Positions 16,495 to 25,054 of a stretch of 58,085 nt of DNA are shown one piece after another. Where the stretch lies: IMG/VR virus record IMGVR_UViG_3300045256_000822, positions 1 through 58,085 of that record. One strand, 5' to 3'. Origin of the DNA: a virus (Duplodnaviria; Caudoviricetes). The stretch's first letter is position 1. Each line of letters starts with the position of its first letter. Both the position numbers and the translations under genes were made by a program. The notes beneath the pieces were generated by a model. The model was not told the origin of the DNA and searched no databases. It saw nothing but the letters and a program-made list of their open reading frames with translations.

Positions 16495-17922
16495 ATGACA
16501 GTGCGCATTCTCATAGGCGACGTGCGGGCGAAGCTCAAGGAGCTGCCGGACGAGTCCGTGCACATGGCGGTGACGTCGCCGCCCTACTGGCGCCTGCGGG
16601 ACTATGGCACCGGCACATGGGTCGGTGGAGATCCCGCGTGCACTCACGAACCGCCCCCGTCGCGGCACCGTGGCAAGCACACCGCCGCATCGCGACATGG
16701 CCATCGCTCGAAGGCCGAGCGCGACCACCGGAGTTGCCGCTGCGGAGCGGTCCGCGAGGACGACCAGCTCGGGATGGAGGAGTCGCCGGCGGACTACATC
16801 GCCACCATGGTCGAAGTCCTCCGCGAGGTCCGGCGCGTGCTGCGCAAGGACGGGACGCTCTGGCTCAACATGGGCGACTGCTACGCGGGACAGTCTGGCG
16901 GCTGGCAAGGCAAGAACGGCTCGAGGGCGTCAAGGACGTTCACCGCGCGCATCCGCGCGAAGAAGGCTGGCGGGCTCTGCATCAAGCGCAAAGACCAGAT
17001 CCTGATGCCAGCGAGGCTGGCGATCGCGCTGTGTGACGACGGCTGGTACATCCGCCGCCGCATCATCTGGTACAAGCCGAACGCCATGCCGGAGAGCGTG
17101 CGCGATCGGCCGGCGAACGCGCACGAGGACGTCTACCTTCTCTCGAAGCGGCCCCGGTATTTCTTCGACGCCGAGGCAGTCAAGGAACCGGCGAGCACCG
17201 AGACGCACGCGCGGGTGGCCGCTGGCAGGAAGAAGCCGGCCGGCTGGGACATGGGCCCAGGTGGACACCGGAGTCTCGCGGGGCGCTACAGCAACGGCGT
17301 GACGCCAAAGACCACGGACGAGCGGAACGGGAACCGCAACAACGCCTCGTTCATGGCGGCGGTCTCGCCGATCGTCGTCGAAACCCGGAACATGCGCGAC
17401 GTCTGGGTCATCCCGACCGAGCCTTATCCCGACGCGCACTTCGCAACGTTTCCGCTGGCCATCCCGGAGCGCTGCATCCTTGCCGGCACGAGCGAGCGGG
17501 GAGTGTGCCCGCACTGCGGTGCGCCGTGGCTGCGCGTCGTGAAACGCCGGCGCGTGAACTCGAGCAATGCCGCGAAGGCCGGGACGAAGATCAAGGGGAA
17601 GGGCCACCCGACCAGCCAGGCGCGCGAGGACCACGACGTCCGGAACGGGCCCGTGGCGATCACGAAGACGGTCGGATGGAAGCCGGGGTGCGGCTGCGCC
17701 GATAACGTTCCGGTCCCCGCGACGGTCCTGGATCCGTTCGGCGGCGCCGGCACCACGGGGCTCGCGGCGGCGCGGCTAAGGCGCAACGCCATCCTCATCG
17801 AGCTCAAGCCTGCCTATGCCGAAATGGCGCACGCGCGCCTCAAGGCGGCGCTGGTCGAGGACGTGAAGGGCGCGAAGCCCCGGATGCAGGCAGGCCCGCT
17901 GTTCGAGGACGTGGCGGCATGA
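16495..17922 (+). CDS. N4-C/N6-A DNA methyltransferase (beta class)
   Basis: VTSPPYW, HFATFP, VLDPFGGAGTT. Confidence 0.93.
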   Translation: MTVRILIGDVRAKLKELPDESVHMAVTSPPYWRLRDYGTGTWVGGDPACTHEPPPSRHRGKHTAASRHGHRSKAERDHRSCRCGAVREDDQLGMEESPADYIATMVEVLREVRRVLRKDGTLWLNMGDCYAGQSGGWQGKNGSRASRTFTARIRAKKAGGLCIKRKDQILMPARLAIALCDDGWYIRRRIIWYKPNAMPESVRDRPANAHEDVYLLSKRPRYFFDAEAVKEPASTETHARVAAGRKKPAGWDMGPGGHRSLAGRYSNGVTPKTTDERNGNRNNASFMAAVSPIVVETRNMRDVWVIPTEPYPDAHFATFPLAIPERCILAGTSERGVCPHCGAPWLRVVKRRRVNSSNAAKAGTKIKGKGHPTSQAREDHDVRNGPVAITKTVGWKPGCGCADNVPVPATVLDPFGGAGTTGLAAARLRRNAILIELKPAYAEMAHARLKAALVEDVKGAKPRMQAGPLFEDVAA

Positions 17923-18080
17923 AGCGCCTCAAGCCCACCGATATCCCGCTCGAGGAGATGGCCGCGCGGATGCGCCGCGCCGGCATGTCTAAGAGGACCA
18001 TCGACCAATTCGTTCGCGAAGTGCGGGCGCTGCCGAAGGCCGATCAATCGGAGCCGGAGCGCCGGAGGAAGGCCGCATGA
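17919..18080 (+). CDS. 53-aa hypothetical protein (not in ORF track)
   Basis: MKRLKPTDIPLEEMAARMRRAG...; ATGA overlaps at both ends. Confidence 0.6.
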   Translation: MKRLKPTDIPLEEMAARMRRAGMSKRTIDQFVREVRALPKADQSEPERRRKAA

Positions 18081-18937
18081 CCAAGAGAGCCGACGCCTGG
18101 ATGCCGGTCTATATCGGCGACTATACCGGCGACACACTCCGGTTCAGCACCGAGGCGCACGGTGCCTACTTCCTGCTGATCATGGACTACTGGCGTCAAG
18201 GTCCGCCCCCGGACGATGACGAGGTTCTGGCGTCCATCACCAAGCTGCCCGTGGCGCGCTGGCGCAAGCACCGTCGCCTGATCGAACCGCTGTTCAAGAT
18301 CAAGGGCGGGCACTGGCATCACAAGCGGATCGACGCCGAGCGGGAGGCGGCGGCCGAGATCACGAGCAAGCGGAGCGAGGCGGGGAAGAGAGGCGCGGAA
18401 GCGAAGTGGCAACGATCTGGCAACGACGATGACAGGCCTGATGGCGGCAACGATGGCAAACCACCGGATCAGCCGATGGCAAACACGATGGCAAATGCCA
18501 AGGCAAACGCCTCGCAAAACGATGCACCTTCACCTTCACCATCACAGTCACCTTCCGGTTCTCCGGAACTCCCTATCGGTCGTTCCTACGAACCGGGCGC
18601 GGCAGGCGCGCCGTCGGGGGAGGCTGACCTGCTGGAAATCCCGCTCGGCCTGCTCAAGACGCCTGACGGCGACTGGTCAAAACCGTTGTTCCGACAAGGG
18701 CTTTCATGGCTTGCTGGCGTGTACGGGAAGCCGCCGAACGCGCTGAGGTCATTCCTCGGACGATGCTTGCAGCAAGCCCAGGGCGACCACAAGCGCGTGT
18801 TCGACCTGCTCGCACAAGCGCAGCGCGAGGCGATAGCGGACCCGCAGGCGTGGATCACGGCCGCCCTGCAGCCCGGCAGCCAGCAGAGCGAGGTCGAGTC
18901 GGCGATCGCGAGCATCCGCAGGAAGCTCGGAGCCTAA
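18077..18937 (+). CDS. DUF1376/YdaU-family replication initiator
   Basis: WMPVYIGDYTGDT..STEAHGAYFLLIMDYW...HKRIDAE; MANxMAN low-complexity origin-like segment. Confidence 0.85.
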   Translation: MTKRADAWMPVYIGDYTGDTLRFSTEAHGAYFLLIMDYWRQGPPPDDDEVLASITKLPVARWRKHRRLIEPLFKIKGGHWHHKRIDAEREAAAEITSKRSEAGKRGAEAKWQRSGNDDDRPDGGNDGKPPDQPMANTMANAKANASQNDAPSPSPSQSPSGSPELPIGRSYEPGAAGAPSGEADLLEIPLGLLKTPDGDWSKPLFRQGLSWLAGVYGKPPNALRSFLGRCLQQAQGDHKRVFDLLAQAQREAIADPQAWITAALQPGSQQSEVESAIASIRRKLGA

Positions 18938-18940
18938 GCC

Positions 18941-19732
18941 ATGGGCGACCTGTTCAACGAGCCGAAGGCCGCCAAGGAAAAACCGAAGGCCGAGGAGCGC
19001 ATCGACACGCTCAGCGATGCCATGGCGGCCCTCGTCCGGATGTTCCCAAAATATGCGGCCGAGATCGACGCCTGGACGAACGCCTACAAACGCGTGCTCG
19101 GCACGCTCGGTCCGGCGGACCTGCAGCAGACCTGGCAGGCGACGATCGACGCGTGGTCGAGATCCGTGCCGCCGAAGCCCGCCGACTTCGCCGTCCATCG
19201 TCCTGCAGCCGCGCGCGCTCCCAATCCAGAGGCGGCCGCGCAGATCCGGGACATGCGGATCACCATAGCGGCACAGGCCGAGCAGAAGGCTCTTATCGAG
19301 CGCAGCCTGAAGGCGCACGCCGAGACGATGGCGGCGTATTCCCGCCAGATGGCGAGCCTCCCGACGATCTATGCCGGCTCGATCAGCGTGAACGCGGCGG
19401 ACATGGTGCGAAGCGCGTTCGTCTTTCATGTGAAGCGCAAGGCATGGGCAGTTGCGGTCGAGACCGCCCGCGGCGGCCCTTCCATCGACCACATTGACCT
19501 TGTGCACGCCGATTGGGCGACGATTTGCCAGCACGCCGAAACGATGCCGACTGCCGGGGGTAACGCGGCCCGTGCTGCTCAGCGCAAACCGAATCCGTTC
19601 GACGAGCAGCGCCGCGCCGAGATGCGTCGGCGCGCGGACGAGTGGCATGAACGGCACTTCGAACGCGGCGAGCCCGTCACCGCCGACGAGCGGCGCGCCG
19701 GTGCCGAGCGCGACGTGCAGGAGGCTTTATGA
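18941..19732 (+). CDS. Hypothetical protein, possible helicase loader
   Basis: Directly after the initiator; PPKPADF motif reminiscent of replication P-like proteins. Confidence 0.55.
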   Translation: MGDLFNEPKAAKEKPKAEERIDTLSDAMAALVRMFPKYAAEIDAWTNAYKRVLGTLGPADLQQTWQATIDAWSRSVPPKPADFAVHRPAAARAPNPEAAAQIRDMRITIAAQAEQKALIERSLKAHAETMAAYSRQMASLPTIYAGSISVNAADMVRSAFVFHVKRKAWAVAVETARGGPSIDHIDLVHADWATICQHAETMPTAGGNAARAAQRKPNPFDEQRRAEMRRRADEWHERHFERGEPVTADERRAGAERDVQEAL

Positions 19733-20006
19733 GATGCCGGGCGGGGTGGTCCCCGCTTCCCCGTCCGGCTGGTGTGCGATCGGCCGACCGTGTTTCCCCC
19801 CATCACGGCGCGCCGGTCGCACACTTCCCGCAACACCGAGGCTCAACACCGTGGTCATCCTCGACAGGCTCACGATGATCTTTCTTGGACCCGAGCGGAT
19901 TCCGGCCGAGGCGCGTCCTGATTTGGAGGGACTCGTCCCTTGGCCGGTGTTCTCGAACAACAGCAGCCCGCCGCGATTCTGGCGCCTTGAGGAGGAGGGC
20001 GACTGG

Positions 20007-20642
20007 ATGGCGCCGATCGAGGTGACGGATCAGGTGCGCAGCACGCTCGAACAGCGGTTCACGGCCCACCGCCAGCGGACGTTTCGTGAAGCGAAGGAGC
20101 GCGCCGCACGGCTTAAGGACGAGGCGCCGGAACGGCCGGGCGAGGCGCGCGCGACACAGATCCGCCGCGATCGCGGCGACGTGAAGGCGACCATCCTGAC
20201 CGAGATCGACAAGATCGGCACGCGCACCGATATCAAGGTGCAGATGGCCCAGGACTGGCTGAAGCGGCATTTTCGGCGCGGCGAGATCAGCAAGGTCCAG
20301 TTTGCGGCAGGCGTGCGCTTCCAGCGCACATCGGAGCGCGTGACTGTCGGCGTGCCCAGCCAGCTCGACCCGGACAAGCTCGACGCGCCGCGCGGAACGG
20401 GTACCACCCCAGACCTCCGCATCATCGCGCTCGCCGAAGTCGCGGCCGCCGCGTCCGGCAACTTCAGAGCAGCGCTCGACGCCATGGGCCCGGTGCTCTG
20501 GCCTGTGGTGCTCTGGGTCGTCGTCAGCGGGCGATCAGCAGCCGAGTGGGCGAAGAGCGCCGGCAAGCCCCAAACCGACGGCATAGCTGCCCTTCGCTTG
20601 GGCCTTGATGCCCTCGTAAGGCATTACGGTCGAGAGACGTGA
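20007..20642 (+). CDS. DUF6456-like putative late regulator
   Basis: RGEISKVQFAAGVRF and LRLGLDALVRHYG; last early gene; GAGGAG RBS; start may be further upstream. Confidence 0.7.
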   Translation: MAPIEVTDQVRSTLEQRFTAHRQRTFREAKERAARLKDEAPERPGEARATQIRRDRGDVKATILTEIDKIGTRTDIKVQMAQDWLKRHFRRGEISKVQFAAGVRFQRTSERVTVGVPSQLDPDKLDAPRGTGTTPDLRIIALAEVAAAASGNFRAALDAMGPVLWPVVLWVVVSGRSAAEWAKSAGKPQTDGIAALRLGLDALVRHYGRET

Positions 20643-20704
20643 AGACGGGGAACGAAGGCCGACAGATTTGACCTTTCTACCCTTACGGGTGGAGAGTTGC
20701 TGCC

Positions 20705-21499
20705 ATGGGGTGGATTCGGAAGCACCGGCTCGCGGTGGGCGGCATCTTCGCCCTTGCTCTATCGGGAATCAGCGGGATCAAATGGCTCGTTGGCCTGCTG
20801 GGCGATGTTGATTTTATCATCTCGCGTTGGCAGGACCCTGCTTGGCTGGGGGTTCTGCTCTGGGGGCTTCTAACGCCGGCGCCATGGTGGTCGATTTTTC
20901 TATCACTCGGGTTCGGGCTTGGGCTGCTGGCGCTAGATTATTTAAGCAACAGAGTTGCTCCCGTCGCGTACGCTGCCGGTGAGTCGACTAAGCCGAGTGT
21001 AGCGCCTGCAAGCGCAGCCGCGGCTCACGAGTTGGCAAAGATTCAGAACCGTGCCGACAACGCCAAGGTGGAGGTGCGTTTGGACCAGGACGGTTCGTTC
21101 GTTGTGCGGTCGCCAGTCAACGTCTACGACGTGACGATTTTTCCGGTGGTTCGCTTTCGGACGCCGATGTTCGCCGACGAAGATCTCCCGCATGACGCGC
21201 CGATTGTTTCAGAGGAAACGGTCAAGAACGTTAGTGACGCATTTGCAGCGCTGAGGAAAGCCAGTGACGCGCTTCGAAAATCCGGAAAGCAGGAGCAGGG
21301 CGAGGTCATAGTGCACGTCATCTTCAGGGAGCACGTGGAAGATCCAATGCTGTACGTAACGGTGAAGGACCGGGGCGGCAAATCGTACTATCGAATTGAG
21401 CAGACAACGAACCGATACTGCGCAATCCGGGTGCGGCGCTTCGCGTGCCCATGCAGCATTATGATAGAGGCGGTCCCGCGCGCCGGCGCATCAGTCTAG
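20705..21499 (+). CDS. Membrane moron protein
   Basis: 2-3 N-terminal hydrophobic helices, lower GC, TTGACC upstream at 20668. Confidence 0.7.
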   Translation: MGWIRKHRLAVGGIFALALSGISGIKWLVGLLGDVDFIISRWQDPAWLGVLLWGLLTPAPWWSIFLSLGFGLGLLALDYLSNRVAPVAYAAGESTKPSVAPASAAAAHELAKIQNRADNAKVEVRLDQDGSFVVRSPVNVYDVTIFPVVRFRTPMFADEDLPHDAPIVSEETVKNVSDAFAALRKASDALRKSGKQEQGEVIVHVIFREHVEDPMLYVTVKDRGGKSYYRIEQTTNRYCAIRVRRFACPCSIMIEAVPRAGASV

Positions 21500-21533
21500 C
21501 TGCCCCTCCTGCATCCTTGTTCCATTTGCGGGC

Positions 21534-21612
21534 TTGACACCTAGCCGGTTTAGAGCGAATGAATTTGGTCATCGTGTAGAAAAGCGCCCGGGCGGACCTC
21601 CGCACCGGGCGC
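21534..21612 (+). promoter_or_regulatory. Probable late-promoter region: TTGACA followed by a strong hairpin
   Basis: TTGACA at 21534 (no clean -10); GCGCCCGG-GCGGA-CC-TCCGC-A-CCGGGCGC at 21584-21612. Confidence 0.45.
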
Positions 21613-21646
21613 ACTCGTCTTAGCGGGACGATTATCCGCCCCAGAA

Positions 21647-22192
21647 TTAGGGAAGAGAGATCGGCTTAAGCGCATCAGCGGATTCGATGGCGCGCTTCAC
21701 CGTGTCGAACCAATCGGCGCCGCTTTGCGAGAGCTGGCCGTACGGCGACATGATGAATCTCTCCCATGGACCTGCTGACTTGCGATCCGCTGCGACCTCG
21801 CCACCCCACTGAGTGTCCTGGCCCGGCGGTTGGGCGACCAACCACATGTTGTGTGCTCCAAGGAGCGATACTGATTTCCCGTCTCCTGTCGCGTAAACTC
21901 GCCATTCTTCCCACGGTCCAGGCGAGGGGCGATCGCAGACAGCGCGGCCGTTCGGCTCCGCACAGAGCCATTTGTTGGTTCTGACATTTTGGAGCGTGAT
22001 CTTGTTTTGCGAGACACTGAAGATGCGCCAGCGCTCCTCATCGCCGACGTTATCGACCTCTTGGCTCGCATGCATTTCGCCGTTCGTGTAAGACTGAACT
22101 AATCTGCCGTGTGCGCTGATGATGATGAACTGACCGACCGCCGTGAGTGTTGGGGCGGCCGGCGTCGCAATTGTTTGTGAGTCGTCGGACAT
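21647..22192 (-). CDS. Fascin-like beta-trefoil domain protein (moron)
   Basis: Three repeats ending GDEERW / GPWEEW / GPWERF with HG/HN and WLxAxP; GAGGAGG RBS. Confidence 0.8.
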   Translation of the reverse strand: MSDDSQTIATPAAPTLTAVGQFIIISAHGRLVQSYTNGEMHASQEVDNVGDEERWRIFSVSQNKITLQNVRTNKWLCAEPNGRAVCDRPSPGPWEEWRVYATGDGKSVSLLGAHNMWLVAQPPGQDTQWGGEVAADRKSAGPWERFIMSPYGQLSQSGADWFDTVKRAIESADALKPISLP

Positions 22193-22261
22193 AGACTTCC
22201 TCCTCTCTGTTGATGAGCACAACGATCATACTGTGAATCTTAAGTGTCGTTGTGTATCTGC

Positions 22262-22291
22262 AGTATACATTAAAGGTTGTTGCTCTGTGAA
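22262..22291 (-). promoter_or_regulatory. Promoter TTCACA-N18-TATACT for the fascin-like moron
   Basis: Near-consensus boxes in an AT-rich patch upstream of the gene. Confidence 0.55.
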
Positions 22292-22338
22292 GCTGGCGTC
22301 CGCGCGCGCACTAGGTCATGGAGCGGGGCGAAACTAGT

Positions 22339-22557
22339 ATGAGCAAGCTCAAGGCAGCCCAGCGCAGCGCGCTGCCAGTCGGCTCGTTTGGCCTGCCCGG
22401 CGAGCGCAAGTACCCCGTGCCCGACAAGTCGCACGCGGCGAACGCGAAGAGCCGCGCGACCCAGCAGCTGCGGCGGGGGAACATCACGCCGGCGCAGAAA
22501 GCGCGGATCGACGCCAAGGCCAACCGCGTCCTGCACGGCATCTACGCCAGGCGCTGA
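22339..22557 (+). CDS. Small basic phage protein (DUF6582-like)
   Basis: LP..SFGLPGERKYPVPDKSHAANAKSRA; coupled to terS. Confidence 0.8.
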   Translation: MSKLKAAQRSALPVGSFGLPGERKYPVPDKSHAANAKSRATQQLRRGNITPAQKARIDAKANRVLHGIYARR

Positions 22558-23195
22558 TGCCCAAGGATCTGACCCCGAAGCAACGCCGCTTCGTCGAGGT
22601 GTACCTTTCCAACGGGCGCAATGGCACCGAAGCGTACCGCGCCACCTATGGCACCAAAGCCTCCGCAGAGGTGGCCGCAGTCGAGGCGCACCGCCTCCTG
22701 CAAAACCCTAAGATCGCCCTAATCGTTGCCGAGGCTGAGCGGCGCGCCGAAGAACGCACCGAGCGCGTCATGGACCGCTACGCAGTGACGCGGGAGCGGA
22801 TCAAGGAGGGACTGGCCAAGCTGGCCTTCTACGATCCGCGTGACGTGTTCACCTGGGATGAGAAGGGCGTGAAGCTGAAGCCGAGCGCCACGATCAGCGA
22901 CGAGGCGGCCTTCGCGATCAGCGAGATCAGCGAAACCGAGAACGGAACCCTGAAGGTGAAGCTGGCGAGCAAGCACGATGCGCTCATCGCGCTGGGCCAG
23001 GACCTCGGAATGTTCGCGCGGACCAACATCAATCTGAACGCCGATCTGGACAAACTATCGGACCATGAGCTCATCGCCAGCATCCGCGCCATCGCCGAAC
23101 AGCTCGGGATTGGTGAAGGAGTTGACGCGGCGCTTCGCCGTCTTGAAGCACAGATTGGACGGGCAGCGGATCCGAAGCTACCGCCCGTACACTAA
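22557..23195 (+). CDS. terS: Terminase small subunit
   Basis: LTPKQRRFVEVYL..NGTEAY...AHRLLQNPKI; K..AL..LG..LGMF. Confidence 0.92.
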   Translation: MPKDLTPKQRRFVEVYLSNGRNGTEAYRATYGTKASAEVAAVEAHRLLQNPKIALIVAEAERRAEERTERVMDRYAVTRERIKEGLAKLAFYDPRDVFTWDEKGVKLKPSATISDEAAFAISEISETENGTLKVKLASKHDALIALGQDLGMFARTNINLNADLDKLSDHELIASIRAIAEQLGIGEGVDAALRRLEAQIGRAADPKLPPVH

Positions 23196-24537
23196 GCAGG
23201 CCGATTTCCACGCCGCCGGCGTCTCGAAGAGAGAGCGCGCCAACCTCGCCGGCAACCAGCTCGGCAAGAGCTTCGGCGGCGCGGCCGAACTCTCCTACCA
23301 CCTGACGGGCAACTATCCGGATTGGTGGAAGGGCAGGCGCTTCGATCGCCCCGTCCGCGCATGGGCGGGCTCGGACACCGCGGAGACGACGCGCGACAAC
23401 CCGCAGCGCCTCCTCCTCGGCCTCGAACCGGACTTCGGCACGGCCGCCATCCCGCGCGAGGCGATCGATTTCACCAGCATGACGCGCCGGCGTGGCGTAG
23501 CCGGTGCAATCGACCGTGTCAGGATCAAACACGCATCGGGCGGGTGGTCCTGGCTTCAGTTCAAGAGCTATGACCAAGGCCGCGCGAAATGGGCCGGCGA
23601 GACGCTCGAAGTCGTCTGGTTCGACGAGGAGCCGCCAGAGGAGGTCTACAACGAAGGCCTGGCCCGCACGAACGCCACCAAGGGCCTCGTCTATCTGACG
23701 GCCACCCCGCTGCTCGGCATGAGCAATGTCGTCAGGCGGTTCTACCCGGAGCCGGACACGCCCGACCGTCATCTCACGATGATGACGATCGACGACGCGG
23801 AGCACTACACGCCCGAGGAGCGGGCGAAGATCATCGCCAGCTACGCGGCGCACGAGCGCGACGCACGTGCCAGCGGCATCCCGATGATGGGATCGGGCCG
23901 GATCTTCCCGCTCGCAGAAGAATTGATCCGGGTGCAGGCCTTCGTCATCCCTCGAGAGTGGCCGCAGCTCGGCGCGCTCGACTTCGGCTGGGACCACCCC
24001 TTCGCCGCGGTGAACCTCGCCTATGACAAGGACGCGGACGCCGTCTACGTGACGCGGGCGCATCGGGTGCGAGAGCAAACACCGGTGCTGCACGCTGCCG
24101 CACTGAAGCCGTGGGGCGAATGGTTGCCTTGGGCATGGCCGCATGACGGGCTGCAGCACTCCAAGGACAGCGGCAAGCCGCTCGCCGAGCAGTATCGGGC
24201 CCAGGGGCTGAAGCTGCTGACCGAGCACGCGCGCTACCCGGACAACGCCGACGGCTCACCCGGCACGAACGGCGTGGAGGCTGGCCTGTTCGACATGCTG
24301 GACCGGATGCAGACCGGCCGGCTGAAGGTCTTCGACCACCTTCACGGTTGGTTCGAGGAGTACCGGCAGTACCACCGCAAGGACGGCCAGGTCGTGAAGG
24401 TCAACGACGACCTGTTGAGCGCTACGCGTTACGGGATCATGTGCCTGCGCTTCGCCGAGACGGAGCGCGCCGTGACACCGAAATGGCTAATCGATGCGCG
24501 CCGCGCCGGACGGGGTGCGAGCCCGATGGCAGGCTGA
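23065..24537 (+). CDS. terL: Terminase large subunit (P22-like)
   Basis: AGNQLGKS, WFDEEP, TATP, LDFGWDHP, DDLLSATRY. Confidence 0.95.
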   Translation: MSSSPASAPSPNSSGLVKELTRRFAVLKHRLDGQRIRSYRPYTKQADFHAAGVSKRERANLAGNQLGKSFGGAAELSYHLTGNYPDWWKGRRFDRPVRAWAGSDTAETTRDNPQRLLLGLEPDFGTAAIPREAIDFTSMTRRRGVAGAIDRVRIKHASGGWSWLQFKSYDQGRAKWAGETLEVVWFDEEPPEEVYNEGLARTNATKGLVYLTATPLLGMSNVVRRFYPEPDTPDRHLTMMTIDDAEHYTPEERAKIIASYAAHERDARASGIPMMGSGRIFPLAEELIRVQAFVIPREWPQLGALDFGWDHPFAAVNLAYDKDADAVYVTRAHRVREQTPVLHAAALKPWGEWLPWAWPHDGLQHSKDSGKPLAEQYRAQGLKLLTEHARYPDNADGSPGTNGVEAGLFDMLDRMQTGRLKVFDHLHGWFEEYRQYHRKDGQVVKVNDDLLSATRYGIMCLRFAETERAVTPKWLIDARRAGRGASPMAG

Positions 24538-24547
24538 GGAGAAGCAC

Positions 24548-24685
24548 ATGGCGAAGGCAAGGCACATCCTGATCGGCCGGGACGCCGGCAGCGGCCGGTT
24601 CATTTCCGTGAAGGCCGCGCGCCGGCGCAAGAAGACCGCCATCGTCCAGCGCGTGCGCAACGTCCTCCCGCGCAGGCGCAAGTGA
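24548..24685 (+). CDS. Small basic protein (GRDAxxGRF motif)
   Basis: GAGGAG RBS; GRDAGSGRFISVKAARRR. Confidence 0.65.
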   Translation: MAKARHILIGRDAGSGRFISVKAARRRKKTAIVQRVRNVLPRRRK

Positions 24686-24688
24686 CCA

Positions 24689-25051
24689 TTGTGCTGTGGC
24701 CGGCATCGTTCATGGCCGCCGTCATCCTCATGGTGGCGGCCGTCATTGGCTGACGAGGATTCCGGCGCATCGATCGACTGGCTCGCCGGCGACATCCGGG
24801 CGGGCCGCGGTCACCAGAGCCACGAAACCCGCGACCCGTCCGAGTTCTCCGGGACCATCCGCAATCTTGGCAACGGCGTGTTCTTCGTCTCGAACGGCAG
24901 GGGCGAAATGCGGCGCGACCTGATCATGGCCATGGGCCGGGCGATCGAGCAGGCCGTGCCTTCGGTGCGCCGGGTCGAATTCGAGCGGGCTGACGGCCGC
25001 CGCTTCGCCCTCGAGCGCGGCGAGCGCGGCTACCGCATCATCAAGGTCTGA
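24689..25051 (+). CDS. Hypothetical protein
   Basis: Fills the gap before portal; start uncertain. Confidence 0.5.
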   Translation: MCCGRHRSWPPSSSWWRPSLADEDSGASIDWLAGDIRAGRGHQSHETRDPSEFSGTIRNLGNGVFFVSNGRGEMRRDLIMAMGRAIEQAVPSVRRVEFERADGRRFALERGERGYRIIKV

Positions 25052-25054
25052 CGC

